Below are positions 63,484 through 64,000 of a stretch of DNA of 64,000 nucleotides, piece by piece (the first letter of the stretch is position 1; each line of letters starts with the position of its first letter). Origin of the DNA: a virus (Duplodnaviria > Caudoviricetes); the IMG/VR virus record IMGVR_UViG_3300033121_001287, positions 20,525 to 84,524 of that record; one strand, 5' to 3'. The position numbers and the translations under genes were made by a program. The notes beneath the pieces were generated by a model. It was not told the DNA's origin, searched no databases, and saw nothing but the letters and a program-made list of their open reading frames with translations.

Positions 63484-63690
63484 ATGGGCGACACATACGG
63501 CGATGTGGTCTATGAGGTGTGGCGTAGTGGTGGCAATCCTGACTACGTTGAACGCGACGACGTGCGCGACTATGAGCGTGAGGGCTACTACGCCGAGGAA
63601 ATTGCGGACATGTTCCTGCGGCGGCAGGAGCGGGCGCACGACCGCATGGTGCAGGGCATCCTGCCAGACGATGACGAGGTGCAGTCATGA
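63484..63690 (+). CDS. Small acidic hypothetical protein
   Basis: VWRSGGNPDYV; G-rich RBS. Confidence 0.6.
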   Translation: MGDTYGDVVYEVWRSGGNPDYVERDDVRDYEREGYYAEEIADMFLRRQERAHDRMVQGILPDDDEVQS

Positions 63691-64000
63691 CCCCGCCCAC
63701 TCCTGACCTCACCGCGCTGGAGAAGTGGGCGCGTGGGATTCTAGCTACCCACGCTCCGGGCGACGTCGACGAGGAGCAATTGGAGTCGGTCCTCGCCCTG
63801 TGCGAGACGGTGCGGGCGCAGCAGCAGGCGCATGACGCAGACCTAACACGTGACCATGCCGCCATCCTGCATTGGCAGGCCCGTGCAGAGCAGGCCGAGC
63901 AGGAGCGGGATGCGCTGATGGTGCAAGTGGACCAGTGGCGACGGATGGCGGATCGGGAGGTCACGGCCTGTGTGGAGATGCGAGCCGAGCGCGATGCCGC
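63687..64000 (+). CDS. Coiled-coil hypothetical protein, 3'-truncated by the window end
   Basis: ATGA overlap; open to the end (MTPPTPDLTALEKWARG...). Confidence 0.5.
   Translation, partial: MTPPTPDLTALEKWARGILATHAPGDVDEEQLESVLALCETVRAQQQAHDADLTRDHAAILHWQARAEQAEQERDALMVQVDQWRRMADREVTACVEMRAERDA

Overview
The window is almost certainly most of a high-GC, long-tailed (siphovirus-like) dsDNA phage genome. No terminase, portal or integrase gene is visible, and both end ORFs run off the window. From 1 to 33.2 kb (+ strand) lie the virion and lysis genes. First comes a cassette of effector-like domains (zeta-toxin-type kinase, PD-(D/E)xK nuclease, GNAT-like, ADP-ribosyltransferase-like). Each domain is preceded by L-R-[SAT]-[LA] plus a short conserved peptide. 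Then follow MuF, a DUF2213-type protease/scaffold, a decoration protein and an HK97-fold major capsid protein. A five-gene amino-sugar/glycosyltransferase cassette is wedged between the neck genes. The tail genes include a -1 frameshift chaperone pair, a tape measure protein and an S74-chaperone tail fibre carrying an apparent signal peptide. The lysis region has an M15 peptidase, holin-like and exported proteins and a large modular glycoside hydrolase. From 33.3 to 59.7 kb (- strand) lie replication and early genes: SSB, SMC-like ATPase, SNF2 and UvrD helicases, DnaQ, beta clamp, adenine MTase, VRR-NUC, a family A polymerase with unusual active-site substitutions, and many small Zn-finger proteins, driven by recurring sigma70-like promoters. 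From 59.9 to 64 kb (+ strand) lie a T5orf172-type nuclease, a primase-helicase and DUF550. The best candidates for undescribed biology are the putative protease-processed, capsid-packaged effector polyprotein system (1-3.9 kb), the putative virion glycosylation cassette (9.9-14.3 kb), and the non-canonical PolA. All family assignments come from motif recognition by eye, with no database search.
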